Source: Octopus sinensis
Lineage: Eukaryota
Direction of reading: 5' to 3'
Length of the DNA stretch: 64,000 bases
NCBI RefSeq assembly: GCF_006345805.1
Contig: NC_043000.1
Location: 1,736,001-1,800,000, forward strand
A program made the position numbers and the translations under genes. The first letter of the stretch is position 1; each line of letters begins with the position of its first letter. Below the pieces are notes generated by a model. The model was given only the letters and a program-made list of their open reading frames with translations, was not told the origin of the DNA and made no database searches. Of the stretch, positions 26,091 to 39,105 are shown piece after piece.

Positions 26091-26097
26091 GATGATA

Positions 26098-26295
26098 GGC
26101 GGCGAGCTGGCAGAATCGTTAGCACGCCGGGCGAAATGCCTAGCGGTATTTCGTCTGTCTTTACGTTCTGAGTTCAAATTCCGCCGAGGTCGACTTTGCC
26201 TTTCATCCTTTCGGGGTCGATAAATTAAGTACCAGTTACGCACTGTCCTTGTTTGTCCCCTCTATCTTTAGCCCCTTGTGGGCAATGAAGAAATA
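26098..26295 (+). mobile_element. SINE-A with internal deletion
   Basis: Family match. Confidence 0.85.
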
Positions 26296-26579
26296 AGAAC
26301 ATTTGACATTTATTTTTCTGGTTGTAGCATGAATCACAATTTAAAGTCTAAAACTTCACATAATTCTAAAGTCATTTCTGAACAGTATCTCACGTAATGA
26401 CAAGGCGGGAATGAGGGGGAAATGCTAATAACAATTATCATGTATGACAGTTATTTCATAAATTCTAGAATTGTATCTGTTGATAAGGATTCAATAAAAG
26501 ATAAATATCAATGATACTTTGTGTGTTGGTTTGTTTACATCTCCGTAACAAGCTGGTCCGGTGACCATAATCAGACGCG

Positions 26580-26940
26580 GGTATGGTTGTATGTATGGTT
26601 AAGAAGCTCACTTGGCAACCACATGGTTTCGGGTTCAGTCCCATCGAGCGGCATCCTGGCCAAGTGTCTTCAACGACAGCCCCAGGCTGACCAATGTCTT
26701 ACGAGTGGATTTGGTTGACGGAAACTGTGTAGAATCCGTCGTGTACGTGTGTTTGCCCCCTATCGCTTGACAATAGATGTTGGTTTGTTTACATGCCCGT
26801 AACTTAGCAGTTCGTCAATAGACCGATCGATTAAGCACCAGATTTAGAAAAATAAAGGTTCGATTTGTTTCACTAAAACCCTTTCAAAGCATTTCTCCAG
26901 CTTGGCCGGAGTTTAATGATCAAAACAAGTAAAAGATAAT
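26580..26940 (+). mobile_element. SINE-B, older diverged copy
   Basis: AACCACATGGTTTCGGGTTCAGTCCC..TGAGTGGATTTGG..GACGGAAACTG..CCCGTAACTTAGC. Confidence 0.7.
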
Positions 26941-27021
26941 CAATGAAAGGAGTTTTTATCGTCCCCGGTATGATTTTAACACGAATATTTCATCACCCTG
27001 CGCTTTACACACCGAATTAAT

Positions 27022-27258
27022 ACCTATTTCTTTACTACCCGCAAGGGGCTAAATGCAGAGAGGACAAACAAGGACAGACAAACGAATTAAGTCGATTATA
27101 TCGACTCCAGTGCGTAACTGGTACTTAATTTATCGACCCCGAAAGGATGAAAGGCAAAGTCGACCTCGGCGGAATTTGAACTCAGAACGTAGCAGCAGAC
27201 GAAATACTGCTAAGCATTTCGCCCGGCATGCTAACGTTTCTGCCAGCTTGCTGCCTTC
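27022..27258 (-). mobile_element. SINE-A
   Basis: Family match. Confidence 0.85.
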
Positions 27259-27611
27259 ACCGAATTAATACCACCTCGTCGAATAAATTGGAGAAATCTG
27301 TGCCAGCAAAGAAGTGTCTGAATCTGTTTTATTTAAAAGTTTAAGCCTCTAGAATCGCTAAACCTAATTCTACGTCACTCATCATTCAAAACGATTGAAG
27401 TACGTAAGTAGTGAGATAAAATATACGCAAAAATATTCGTAAACACATCGAAATACGATTAGTCATTAGGATTTGATCGGTGGCCATAAAAGAAATAAGA
27501 CAATAGAAAATGTGTTACACATTCATTTGTTCAAATGTGAACCCAAAATGCGGGATATGTTCATCTATTCACATGCAAAAATACGTGATATTTTCATGTT
27601 TTCAATACTAT

Positions 27612-28028
27612 ATGTTTCTTTATTGCCCACAAGGGGCTAAACACAGAGAGGACAAACAAGGACAGACAAACGGATTAAGTCGATTACATCGACCCCAGTG
27701 CGAAACTGGTACTTTATTTATCGACCCCGAAAGGATGAAAGGTAAAGTGGACCTCGGTGAAATTTGGACCCAGAACGTAGCGGCAGACGAAATACCTATT
27801 TCTTTACTACCCACAAGGGGCTAAACACAGAGGGGACAAACAAGGACAGACAAACGGATTAAGTCGATTACATCGACCCCAGTGCGAAACTGGTACTTTA
27901 TTTATTGACCCCGAAAGGATGAAAGGCAAAGTCGACCTCGGCGAAATTTGAACTCAGAACTTAATGGCAGATGAAATACGGCTACGCATTTCGCCTGGCG
28001 CGCTAACGTATCTGCCAGCTCGCCGCCA
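27612..28028 (-). mobile_element. SINE-A dimeric form
   Basis: Head-body-tail, then headless body-tail, junction GAAATACCTATTTCTTTACTACCC. Confidence 0.85.
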
Positions 28029-28309
28029 TTGTATTCAATATTATATGCAGTCAAAAGCAAAAAGCAATGAACAAGACTATTGCTAACGTAGTTTTAGTGT
28101 CAATAGTTGATTGATATTTTCCAATATCTGAATATGGAAAGGCCATCATTCGGAAAATAAACTATCTTAGCTAGTTTACGCTTCACCTAAACTTTCAGCT
28201 GTTTCTCTTATATAAATCCAAAGGAGGTTTGCATATGAGACTTCTTGCTGTTCTTTTCCGACATACTGTATTTCTTAATTGAGATATGGATTTGTGGCAG
28301 ACATCTTTC

Positions 28310-28680
28310 TCCTGGGGCTAAAAGCTACAGTAACACCCACCCTTTGTGGTTAGCCATATTGAGATGGCTGTTATACTTTACATTGTCGAGCGGTTACTGT
28401 TTATATCTCGTTCAGAGATTTATTATTGCTTGCAGACAGTTTTTCGAAATCAGTGACGGAAGTTACTAGAAAAACCCTTAAGTATTTGCATACAAGGTTT
28501 TCCTTTTCATCGTAAACCGGTGATTACCGCCCGTTCACAAGAGGCAACTACCTCGAACCTGCAGTCCGTGCGTATCACTTAGGCTTACGAAAAAGGGATG
28601 ATCCCCCTTTGCTAAAAGCTACAGTAACACCCACCCTTTGTGGTTAGCCATATTGAGATGGCTATTATACTTTACATTAT
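28310..28680. repeat. Interspersed repeat homologous to 17054-17400 with a 69-bp direct repeat at both ends
   Basis: ACTGTTTATATCTCGTTCAGAGATTTATT shared; GCTAAAAGCTACAGTAACACCC.. at 28317 and 28611. Confidence 0.8.
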
Positions 28681-29289
28681 CTTTCAATTCTTTTTACGGT
28701 TATGTCTATCAAAAATGCGATACTTGTAGATTATTATTTGATGCAAACACCCAAGGGAAATGAAAAAGAACAGAAAAGGAACCCTGCTCCAAACCCGGGA
28801 GTTATAAAAGCCCTTTAATAACTTATTTTTAACAGACATTGTGTCTACGACATTTCTGTTATGAAGTGTCAATAGTTCTATGACGAAACTGTTGGAACTT
28901 CATAGGAGACTGTACTATCAAGAAATAAACGATAAGTGAATGTAACAATAGTGAAATGGTTAAACTATTTTAAGACTAAGACTAAGCTAAAGTTAATTAT
29001 TATATCTATATGTACTACACACACACACATATATATGTATACATACATATATGAATATATTTCTTCTACCCGTTTCTCTTTCTTTTTTCTTTTTTCTTTT
29101 TCTTTTTCTTTTCCTTCTTTCTTCTTCTCCTTTTTCTTTTTCTTTTTTCCTTGTCTCTTTTCTTTTTCTTTTATTTTCTTTGCTCCACAAATAAATTCCT
29201 TCAGCTTTTAGAAATCTTAACATAGCAGTTTTGCATGGAGAGCAGTAATGTGGCAAATACCTTATCATATAGCATGAAATGATTGTGGA

Positions 29290-29765
29290 TTAACAATGGA
29301 TAAATTCATCGTCTGTGAGTATGAAATTCCTCCTCATATCGCTGGAAATTTAAATCTTCACTACGGATTAATTCACCTTTTCTGTGAAGCTAATAAGCTT
29401 TTAAAAACCTGTGATAAGTCTGTGCATCATCCTCCTCATATCTCTGGAAATTTAAATCTACACTACGGATTAATTCATCTTCTCTTTGAAACTAATAAGC
29501 TTTTAAGAATCTGTGATAAGACTGTGCATCATCATTAAGGAACGTTGGAAATCTGTTTGCAACCTATATCTGCCTTTAATGAAATTATCTCCAATATTTC
29601 ATGAGTATAACCTCACCCACTAAGATGTTTGGAGAACTCATATGTATTTTAGCTGATGAGTACGGGACACTTTTATCTGCTGCAATTTTTGCAACTTGTA
29701 ATAAAGCCTGTCTTTGTATGAAACAATTGTACTAAAAACTAATCCATTCTTGTTGCTTCTTTCTC
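29290..29765 (+). mobile_element. Probable Penelope-like element terminal fragment, with an internal duplication of about 105 bp
   Basis: Collinear with the 41.3-42.1 kb repeat; ends in (TA)n; carries a hammerhead motif; no RT or GIY-YIG coding seen. Confidence 0.55.
29644..29739 (+). ncRNA. Type I hammerhead ribozyme motif
   Basis: GUAUUUUAG-CUGAUGA-GUACGGGACA..UGUCUUUGUAU-GAAA-CAAUUG-UA-CUAAAAAC. Confidence 0.7.
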
Positions 29766-29934
29766 GTATATATATATATATGTATGCATGTATGTATGTA
29801 TGTATGTATATCTATATATACGTATATACGTGTATGTATATGTGTGTGTGTATATATATATGTATATATATAAATACACACACACACACATACGCACATA
29901 CATATCTGCATGTGCATATAGGTCTGTATGTTAA

Positions 29935-29970
<36 letters not shown>

Positions 29971-30361
29971 CGTACGTGCGTGTTCGCATGCATGCGCGTA
30001 CGTACGTGCGGCGTTTGCTTGAAGTTCACACTCTGGCTGGAAGCTAGCTTAGTCTTGACTAAGCGAATAGTTTAATCTTAGCAATGCAAAATATCTAGAT
30101 TTCAAGCATGGCTAACTATATATCGTAAACAAATATCTTTTCACACAATGAGTCTTATGTTTTTCTGGCTACAGTTGAAAGAGCAGTCGATGACACAATT
30201 TGTTGATCGGTGAACCAAATAACTACAGTGTATAGCTTTATCTATTTACGTTGTTTACAAGGTTTTTCTTCGCCCTTGACCCCTTTTGAAATCCTTAATT
30301 TTATGAGGCTCTTCCTAACGTTATTAGAGGAATATTTTTTCCAGTTCTGTAATAAATGATT

Positions 30362-30725
30362 AAAGGCGGCGCGCTGGCAGAATCGTTAGCACGCCAGGCG
30401 AAATGCGTAGCCGTATTTCGTCTGCCGTTCTGAGTTCAAATTCCATCGAGGTCAACTTTGCCTTTCATTCTTTCGGGGTCAATAAATATACCTATTTCTT
30501 TACTACCCACAAGGGGCTAAACATAGAGGGGACAAACAAGGAGAGACATAGGTATTAAGTCGATTACATCGACCCCAGTGCGTAACTGGTACTTAATTTA
30601 TCGACCTCGATAGGATGAAAGGCAAAGTCGACCTCGGCGGAATTTGAACTCACAACGTAACGGCAGACGAAATACCACAAAGCATCTCACCCGGCGTGCT
30701 AACTTTTCTGCCAGCTCGCCGCCTT
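30362..30725. mobile_element. Two SINE-A copies, tail-to-tail inverted
   Basis: Plus copy 30362-30487, minus copy 30489-30725. Confidence 0.85.
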
Positions 30726-30727
30726 AA

Positions 30728-31355
<628 letters not shown>

Positions 31356-31754
31356 TACCAGTTGCGCACTGGGGTCGATATAATCGACTTAATCCCTTTG
31401 TCTGTCTTTGTTTGTCCCCTCTATGTTTAACCCCTTGTGGGCAATAAAGAAATATATATTGTTATTCTTGGTTTCTTCTTATTATTATTTACTAAGATAT
31501 AAATGAAACATGGTTTTATTATTATCAAAATAATGTTATCGAAGAATTAAGCGAACATCTGCTAGAAACGCAAGAAAAAGGTCTTCAGTACCCTTCCTCA
31601 CCTGTAGCCAACAGAAATAATCAAGATGAGATTGGAACGTTCTTTGGTTCACTCCTCTCATCTTTTTCTGAATACGAATTTTCGAATCCAACCAGGTTCT
31701 TTCAATGATAATAATAGAGCTGAAGGAATTATGGAAGACCAAGACAACTCTTTT

Positions 31755-31997
31755 ACCCTTTTACTTGTTTCAGTCATTTGAATGTGGCCATGCTGGAGCA
31801 CAGCCTTTAGTCGAGCAAATCGACCACATGACTTATTCTTTGTAAGCCTAGTACTTATTCTATCGGTCTCTTTTGCCGAACCGCTAAGTTACGAGGACGT
31901 AAACACGCCAGCATCGGTTGTCAAGCGATGTTGGGGGACAAACATAGACACACAAACGTATACACATACATACATACATACATACATACATACATAC

Positions 31998-32049
<52 letters not shown>

Positions 32050-32203
32050 AAATATGAATTTCTAATATCTCGTAGAGACATGTACGGTGGTGGGGCGATA
32101 GAATGGTTGTATACTGTCAATCTAACAAGAACGTGACAGTAGGGCTATACAACGGTGCTGTACCCCCTACTGTCACGTTCTTGTTAGATTGACAGTATAC
32201 AAC

Positions 32204-32242
<39 letters not shown>

Positions 32243-32410
32243 CTTATATACGACGGGCTTCTTTCAGTTTCTGTCTACCAAATCCACTCACATGGCTTTG
32301 GTCAGCCCGAGGCTATAATAGAAGACACTTGCCCAAGGTGCCACGCAGTGGGACTGAACCCGGAACCACGTGGTTTGTAAGCAAGCTACTTACCACACAA
32401 CCACTCCTGC
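31755..32410 (-). mobile_element. SINE-B with a hairpin insertion in its microsatellite
   Basis: Family match on both sides of 32050-32211. Confidence 0.85.
32098..32211. repeat. Perfect 47-bp inverted repeat with 20-nt loop
   Basis: Arms 32098-32144 and 32165-32211. Confidence 0.92.
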
Positions 32411-32411
32411 G

Positions 32412-32570
32412 CTTATTATTCCTGTAGTAATTGGTGCACTTGGTACAACACCAAGAACGCTGCCTAAAAAACTGAAAGAGATTGGAATTAAAACTTGCAT
32501 TGCCGAGTTGCAGAAAAGTGCCAAGTTATATTCTGCAAGAATCATAAGAAAGATTCTTGAGATTTGAGCA
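32412..32570 (+). pseudogene. R4/Dong-type LINE C-terminal fragment
   Basis: IIPVVIGALGTTPRTLPKKLKEIGIKTCIAELQKSA.LYSARIIRKILEI*. Confidence 0.8.
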
Positions 32571-33139
32571 GAATTCTGAGCCAGGAAGTATATGACAGGT
32601 TATCCCTAGGAGCTCCTCTGTACTGATGACCTTTTGTTTACAGCTGAACCACAACAAGTTTATCTTCTAGAGAAGGAGTTTCCGGTATGGAAGCAAGGTC
32701 TAGATTCGAAGTCTTAGAGTCAACCTAGCAAAAACCAAAGGGTATTTTCTTTTTTAAACTCAATATTTACTCGTTATTTATAGCTTCATCTGCTTTGAGT
32801 TTCACCGTTCCAGAAAAAAAAATATTTCACGTTCTCTCAAAGTTTTTTTTTATTTTGATAAGCTTTGTTATCGTTTTTTAATTTTTTTTTTATTTGAATG
32901 AATATCTAAAAATTGATAATTTTGTAATGAAAACATTTTGGGGAGAAAATTTATGATAATAGATAAGCAGTTTAAAAATAATTCCCCCCCCCCCCCAATG
33001 GTGACCTCTTTTCTAACATTAACATAATAAACTAAAAACAAATATATCAATGTCTATCAATTATTTACTCATTCTCTATTATTCTATCTCACAAAAACGA
33101 AACTATTTTGTGGTCTCAATAGAACAACCATTTATAATC

Positions 33140-33432
33140 ATATCTTTCTCCTGCTCCAGAGCGTCGGCTGCGGGGTCACTCCGAAAAGCTCTACCTGCGA
33201 CGATTTCATCTCAATCGAAGGAGAGGAGCTTTCTCCGTCCGGGTTGCGGATCCGTGGAACAAGCTGCCAGACGAGATGGTGAAGATGCCGACGACCGCTT
33301 TGTTCAAAGCCTCCCTTGACCTCAAGTGGCCTGAACTCTTTACATGAACACCACCCTGTACTTAACTCCATGTCCCCCTACATGGCCTTGCTATTTGCTT
33401 TTGAGCCAAATTAACTAACTAACTAACTAACT
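33140..33432 (+). mobile_element. CR1 3' end, same family as 14377
   Basis: Near-identical CTCCTGCTCCAGAGCGTCGGCTGCGGGGTCA.. through the (TAAC)n tail. Confidence 0.9.
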
Positions 33433-33434
33433 TT

Positions 33435-33820
33435 TCTTTTACCTTTTCTCTTTTAGTTGTTTCCATCGTTTGACCGCGGCCACGCTGGGGTACCACCTTA
33501 AAGACTTTTTAGTCGAATGTATCGACCCTTATTTTTTTCTTTAAACCTGGTACCTATTCTGTCATTTTTTTTGCTGAACCGCTAAGTTACGGGAACGTAA
33601 GCACACTCGCACTGGTTGTTAATATGTGAGGGGGAAAATTACAGACACACACACACACATATGACAGGCTTCTTTCAGTTTCCACCAACGAAATCCACTC
33701 ACAAGGCTTTGGTCGGCCCGAGACTATAGTAGATGACACTTGTCCAAGGTGCGACGCAGTGGGACTGAACCCGAAACCATGTGGTTGAGAAGCAAGCATC
33801 TAACCACACAGCCACGCCTG
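33435..33820 (-). mobile_element. SINE-B
   Basis: Family match. Confidence 0.8.
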
Positions 33821-33899
33821 GGTCTGTACGTTATTTTTCTGATATAACACGCATTCTGTTGACACTGTCATGTATTAGACCAAAGAATACAGGCAATCA

Positions 33900-34700
33900 G
33901 ATGTACAAGACCTAATTGCCTGTTGACTAAAGTGCTTGGAGATCAAAGTGCTTGGAGGCTAATATGTTTGTTGACTGAATTGCTTGTCAAACCTTCAAGA
34001 GGTTGTAAACCGAATGACATGTAAAACCAAAGAAGCTGCAGACCAAATTGCTTGTTACAACAAAGAGTGTAAACAAGTTGCCTTTAGACTAAAGTGTTTG
34101 CAGATCAATTTCCTTGTGTTTGTAGATTAAAAGTTGCCTGTTAGACCAAATTGAATCTAGAGGAAAGTGATTCGTAGACGAAGTGGCCTGTTATACTAAA
34201 GTGTTTGCGAATTAGCTTGTCTGTTAGATGTCAGTATAGGAAAGAGTTTTGTTGTCCAAGTCGCCTTTTTGACTAAAATGTTTGTAGACTAAATAAGTTG
34301 CCTGTTAGACTAAATCGCCTGTTAGACTAAATTGTTAGACTAAATTAGACTAAAGTGTTTTGTTTCCCAAATTACCTGTTAAACTCAGCAGCGAGGCGGA
34401 GAGAGTGCTATGAGGAAAGTCCATTATGGGGAAAGACGCTTTTATGGGGTCTCTACTTTTGGACCTGCTGTATAAGCCCGTATTGGGGGCAGGGGGTTGT
34501 AAACTCAAGGATGCAGTTGCCCCCTCCCACCACACCTCCACCTCATCTGCGACACACATTCTAGCTATGTTACTGGTTAGACGAAAGTTTTTGCAGATTT
34601 TGCCTGTTATTTCCAACTTGCCTGTAGAGGGGACTTTTCTAAACCAGGTTGCCTTTTAGTCAAATGTGTTGAGAATCAAATAGCCTGTTAGACCACATTG
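33900..34700. repeat. Degenerate array of a GCCTGTTAGACTAAA-like motif
   Basis: More than a dozen variant copies, densest at 34280-34360. Confidence 0.65.
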
Positions 34701-34818
34701 TACAACAGGCTTGATACAGGGTGTTGAACTCACTTGGGCATGTTTCGTTTATCGTCCAAAATAAAGTAACGTTGATAAGGTAGAAGTAGCTGCTGTCTGT
34801 CCAAAACAACAGAGGTTG

Positions 34819-34819
<1 letters not shown>

Positions 34820-34849
<30 letters not shown>

Positions 34850-35150
34850 TGGTGGTGGTGTGGTGGACGCGGTGGTGGTGGTGGTGGTGGTCGCGGTGGC
34901 AATAGTAGTGGTGTTAGTGGTTGTGACAGCGGCGGCAGAGGCGGTGGTAATAGTGGTGGTGGCAGCAGCGGCGGCGATGTTGTTGTTGTTGTTGTTGTTG
35001 TTGTTGTGGTGGTGGTGGTGGTTGAAATAGTTTTGATGGTGGTTGTTAGTGGTAGTTGTGGTATAGTTGTGGTAGGATCAGCGGTGTTAACAATGATAGC
35101 GATAATAGTAGTAGCGGCGGTGGTGGGGTGTTGTTGTTGGTGTTGGTGTT
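34820..35150. repeat. (GGT/GTT)n low-complexity tract
   Basis: Directly visible. Confidence 0.9.
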
Positions 35151-35264
35151 GTGCAATTATTACTTGGCCAACAATGGTCTAGTCACGGCTATCCTCTCTT
35201 TTATTGACACAGAGTATCTCAGACTTACATTATGCATTATGTTCATACTTTTTTCTTAAACATG

Positions 35265-35525
35265 GTTCCGGGTTCAGTCCCACTGCGTGGCACCCTGGGC
35301 AAGTGTCTTCTACTATAGCTTCGGGCCGACCAAAGCCATGACAACCGATGCTGGTGTGTTTACGTCCCCGTAACTTAGCGGTTCGGCGAAAGAGACCGAT
35401 AGAACAAGTACTTGGCTTACAAAGAATAAGTCCTGGGGTCGATTTGCTCGACTTAAAAAAGGCGGTGCTCCAGCATGGCCACAGTAAAATGACCGAAACA
35501 AGTAAAAGAGAGTAAAAGAGAAAGA
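35265..35525 (+). mobile_element. SINE-B lacking the central microsatellite region
   Basis: GGCCGACCAAAGCC joined directly to GACAACCGATGCTGG. Confidence 0.8.
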
Positions 35526-36048
35526 GAGAACATATTGACGATGGTCAGACGATATAAACTGCAATATTTTGACCACTTTATCAAGACCCAAGAAACTCTG
35601 TGTCCGCATCCTCGATGCCTGCCAGCTTGCCTGCCTGGCTGGACGGACAGAAAGCGGGTTCGTGAGTGACAAAGACGAAGATGGAATGATGTCACCAAAG
35701 ACGGGCCCTAACGAAGTGTAAGGCTGCAGTGTGAGACGAGGCGTGTTTTTGCACCTGAGGCTCCTAACTAGCAAATCTCAACCATCAGAATTAGAATATT
35801 CATTTATTAATTCAATCGGTCAGTTTTTTTTTTGTTAGAGCTTTGACTGCTATTTCTAGCGTATCGAGCGACTACGTACAGGGTCCCTCATTAGCAAGTG
35901 TTCTTATTGTTTTTAGCCCCAAGTCAGCCGTGGCCGAGCTGACCTATGCTCAAATCAGATGCATTCTAGTTGTGACCATCTTGCCGGTTTTTTTAATTTT
36001 TTAAATTTCTCAAATTTAAAAATTTTTTTAATTAATTTTTTTTTTTTA

Positions 36049-36722
36049 CGAGGAGTGTTCATTGAAGATTTTCCCCTGACCCACTTCCGGTTATTACCGG
36101 AAGCGGAACTTGTACAGGTATAATTATACATGTTTCTACATGTCACATTGTAAATTTCAGCTTTCTACTAGTATTATTTTGTCTTTTACGGCTGCTGAAG
36201 CGGACTAAGATGTTATAATGGAGACAGTTGAAAGCAGATCAGTGGTCAGATTCGTATACTTGGAAGGTCGTACACCAAAAAGAGACTTTCGATGAAATGA
36301 AAGCAGTTTATCAAAGATTCTATGTGGGATAGAGTGAATATGCGCCAAGACATGGACGCTGAACTTTAGAGGAGAATACGGGCGGGATAGAAAGCGTTTA
36401 TCTCAGTAAAAGATATGCTTGAAGCCAAGCTGGACAAGTTCTTGGCTGCAGACGAAACAGACGAAGTCTTCACAGCTGCATAAAGCCGACTTCTACAGAC
36501 GAGGTTTTCACAGCTTCATAAAGCCGACTTCTACAGACGAGGTCTTCACAGCTGCATAAAGCCGACTTCTACAGACGAGGTCTTCACAGCTGCATAAAGC
36601 GATGGGAGAAGTGTATCACCATTGGTGGTGGCTATATAGAGAAGGGCTAATAATTATGCCGAGTTTCGTTTATCCCATCCTCGGGAAGTGGGTCAGGGGA
36701 AATTTTTAACGAGCACTCCTCG
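36049..36722 (+). mobile_element. Internally deleted mariner transposon
   Basis: TIRs CGAGGAGTGTTC..TTTCCCCTGACCCACTTCC / GGAAGTGGGTCAGGGGAAA..GAGCACTCCTCG, TA flanks; METVESRSVVRFVYLEGRTP and RWEKCITIGGGYIEK remnants. Confidence 0.88.
36458..36601. repeat. 38-bp minisatellite, about 3.8 units
   Basis: ACAGACGAGGTCTTCACAGCTGCATAAAGCCGACTTCT in tandem, no spacers. Confidence 0.92.
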
Positions 36723-37451
36723 TACAAGGGTTACATTCGCCAATGATTCTCTTCCTTTTCAAGCCGAAAAGAAGAAATTAGAGAGAGACTTGGCTATTAT
36801 TTTTAGCAGCTCAATTGAATACCAAGAGCCTCTCTTGTTGGATAATGTTGATGTTTAGTCCCAAGTCAGCCTAATAACCAAAGACATCTCAGAATGCGAC
36901 CATCTGCTCTGCTTCCTATATGCAAAGAACCCAGAACTACATTTTCCAACGTGTCCTTTTTAAAGGTGATAGGATGTTGTTTGAAGAAGATTTTATTGCG
37001 ATTTCTAGCAAGTCGTGTGACCATGTATACAGGTTCCTTCGTTACTTCGGGCACATAATGAAGTTGATGTTGGTGATGTTGACAGCTGTGATGGGGTTGT
37101 TTAGCTCTTGGTGATCGTTGGCGTTGGTAGTTAATGTTGCTATTGTTGTTCTTGTTGTTGTTGTGGTGGTGGTTTTGGTGGTGGTGGTCACAATTATCGT
37201 AGTGGCGATAATGGAATAGTAGTGACAGCAATATGTGTGTATGTGTGTGTGTGTGTGCGTGTATGTGCCTTTGTGTTCCTCTATAAGCGTGAATATGTGC
37301 GTGTCTGTGTGTGTGTGTGTGTGTGCGTGTGTGTGCGCGCGTGCGATTATTGCCAATGTTATTAGGCATGGTAGACAATGCATTGAAAGTAGGGCAAGGC
37401 ATGAGAGAGGATGAGAGGGAAGAAAACAGAGACAGAGAGAAAAATACAGAC

Positions 37452-37469
<18 letters not shown>

Positions 37470-37483
<14 letters not shown>

Positions 37484-37863
37484 GAGGTTGTGTGTCTGTC
37501 TCCTACGATTTAGATTCCTAACTACTCCCACATTTTGCGGTGCAGTTTAACCAAATCCGGGTATCTTATAGTCGTGATTCATATCGAGCCCTTCTGGGTA
37601 TTAGCGCGCGTCTACGATGAGTTTACGATTTAAAAAAAAATTTACCATCATTTTTTATTCCATTTTAATGCATTTTTTCGCTATTATATAAGGGAAGTAA
37701 CCCTCTAAAAATGTCTACGATGAGTCAACGATTTAAAAAAAATTTACCATCATTTTTTTTCCATTTTTAATGCATTTTTTGCTATTTTTTGGCTATAACT
37801 CTCTAAAAATGCTTATATAGTTATTTCCCTTACAAACCCGAGCAACGCCGGGCGATACTGCTA

Positions 37864-37864
<1 letters not shown>
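37470..37864 (+). mobile_element. Non-autonomous Helitron
   Basis: TATATATAAAA start, subterminal hairpin CCCG-AGCAACGC-CGGG, 3' CTAG followed by T. Confidence 0.8.
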
Positions 37865-37905
<41 letters not shown>

Positions 37906-38367
37906 ATATATATATACAAGATAAGAAAATGGAGAAATACATCAAAATCAAATATCAATTACCAGATAATACTCAATCATACACTTTATTAAACCACCAC
38001 GGGTACTTCACTAGCAGTATATTGGATATACGTTATCCCATAGAAGGTTGCATTTACAACCCCTATCTCAATTGTATATATAATATATTATAATATTATA
38101 ATATATAATATATATACATACATACACTCATACACACGCACACTTACACGCTTATACATACACGCATACACTCACGCGCACACAGAAGCAGACAGACCTA
38201 GAGATAGAGAAAGTGAGACAGCCAGGGAGGTAGATAAACAACAGGAAATAGAGGGGATCGATGGTTGGGGGGGGCGTAGCTAGAGGTATCGTGGACATGT
38301 CCTAAAATTTGCTTCTGTTGCGTAACTGCCTCCCTTCCCGCGGTTGAAGGGATGTTAATAGTGGAGC

Positions 38368-38750
38368 GGAGGCGCAATGGCCCAGAGGTTAGGGCAGCGG
38401 ACTCGCGGTCATTGGATCGCGGTTTCGATTCCCAGACCGGGCGTTGTGAGTGTTTATTGAGCGAAAACACCTAAAGCTCCACGAGGCTCCGGCAGGGGAT
38501 GGTGGTGATCCCTGCTGTACTCTTTCACAACAACTTTCTCTCACTCTTACTTCCTGTTTCTGTTGTATCTGTATTTCAAAGGGCCGGCCTTGTCACTCTC
38601 TGTGTCACGCTGAATATCTCCGAGAACTACGTTAAGGGTACACGTGTCTGTGGAGTGCTCAGCCACTTACACGTTAATTTCACGAGCAGGCTGTTCCGTT
38701 GATTCGGATCAACCGGAACCCTCGTCGTCGTAACCGACGGAGTGCTTCCA
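38368..38750 (+). mobile_element. SINE-C, full length
   Basis: Family match. Confidence 0.92.
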
Positions 38751-39105
38751 ATCCAAGTTAATAGTGGGATAGTGGTTGCGAGAGGCAGGGCTTGCATGTG
38801 GTACTGATGACCTGAAGTCAAAAAGTAAAGCTAATCAGGTGTATTTAGGACCTGCGATAAAGGGTGGGGGATAAAGTTAGTGACGTATATGGAGCGAAAT
38901 AGGGGGGAGGAGAACATTTTTAATAACGTTGGTGTAGATGAGGTGAGATGGGAGACTGTGGAGGATGGAGGAAGATGTGAGGAATAGAGTGAGGTGGTTG
39001 CAGTCAAGAAAGAAGAGGAAGGCGGGTGAGTGGAGTTTGGAAAGAGCAAGGAGACCGGAGTGTGTAAATGGTAGGTAAATGGTGAAAGAGAGAGAATATA
39101 CCAGG

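Noticed and set aside
36458-36601. CRISPR-like periodic repeat
   Set aside because: Head-to-tail units with no unique spacers, no cas genes, and it lies inside a eukaryotic mariner
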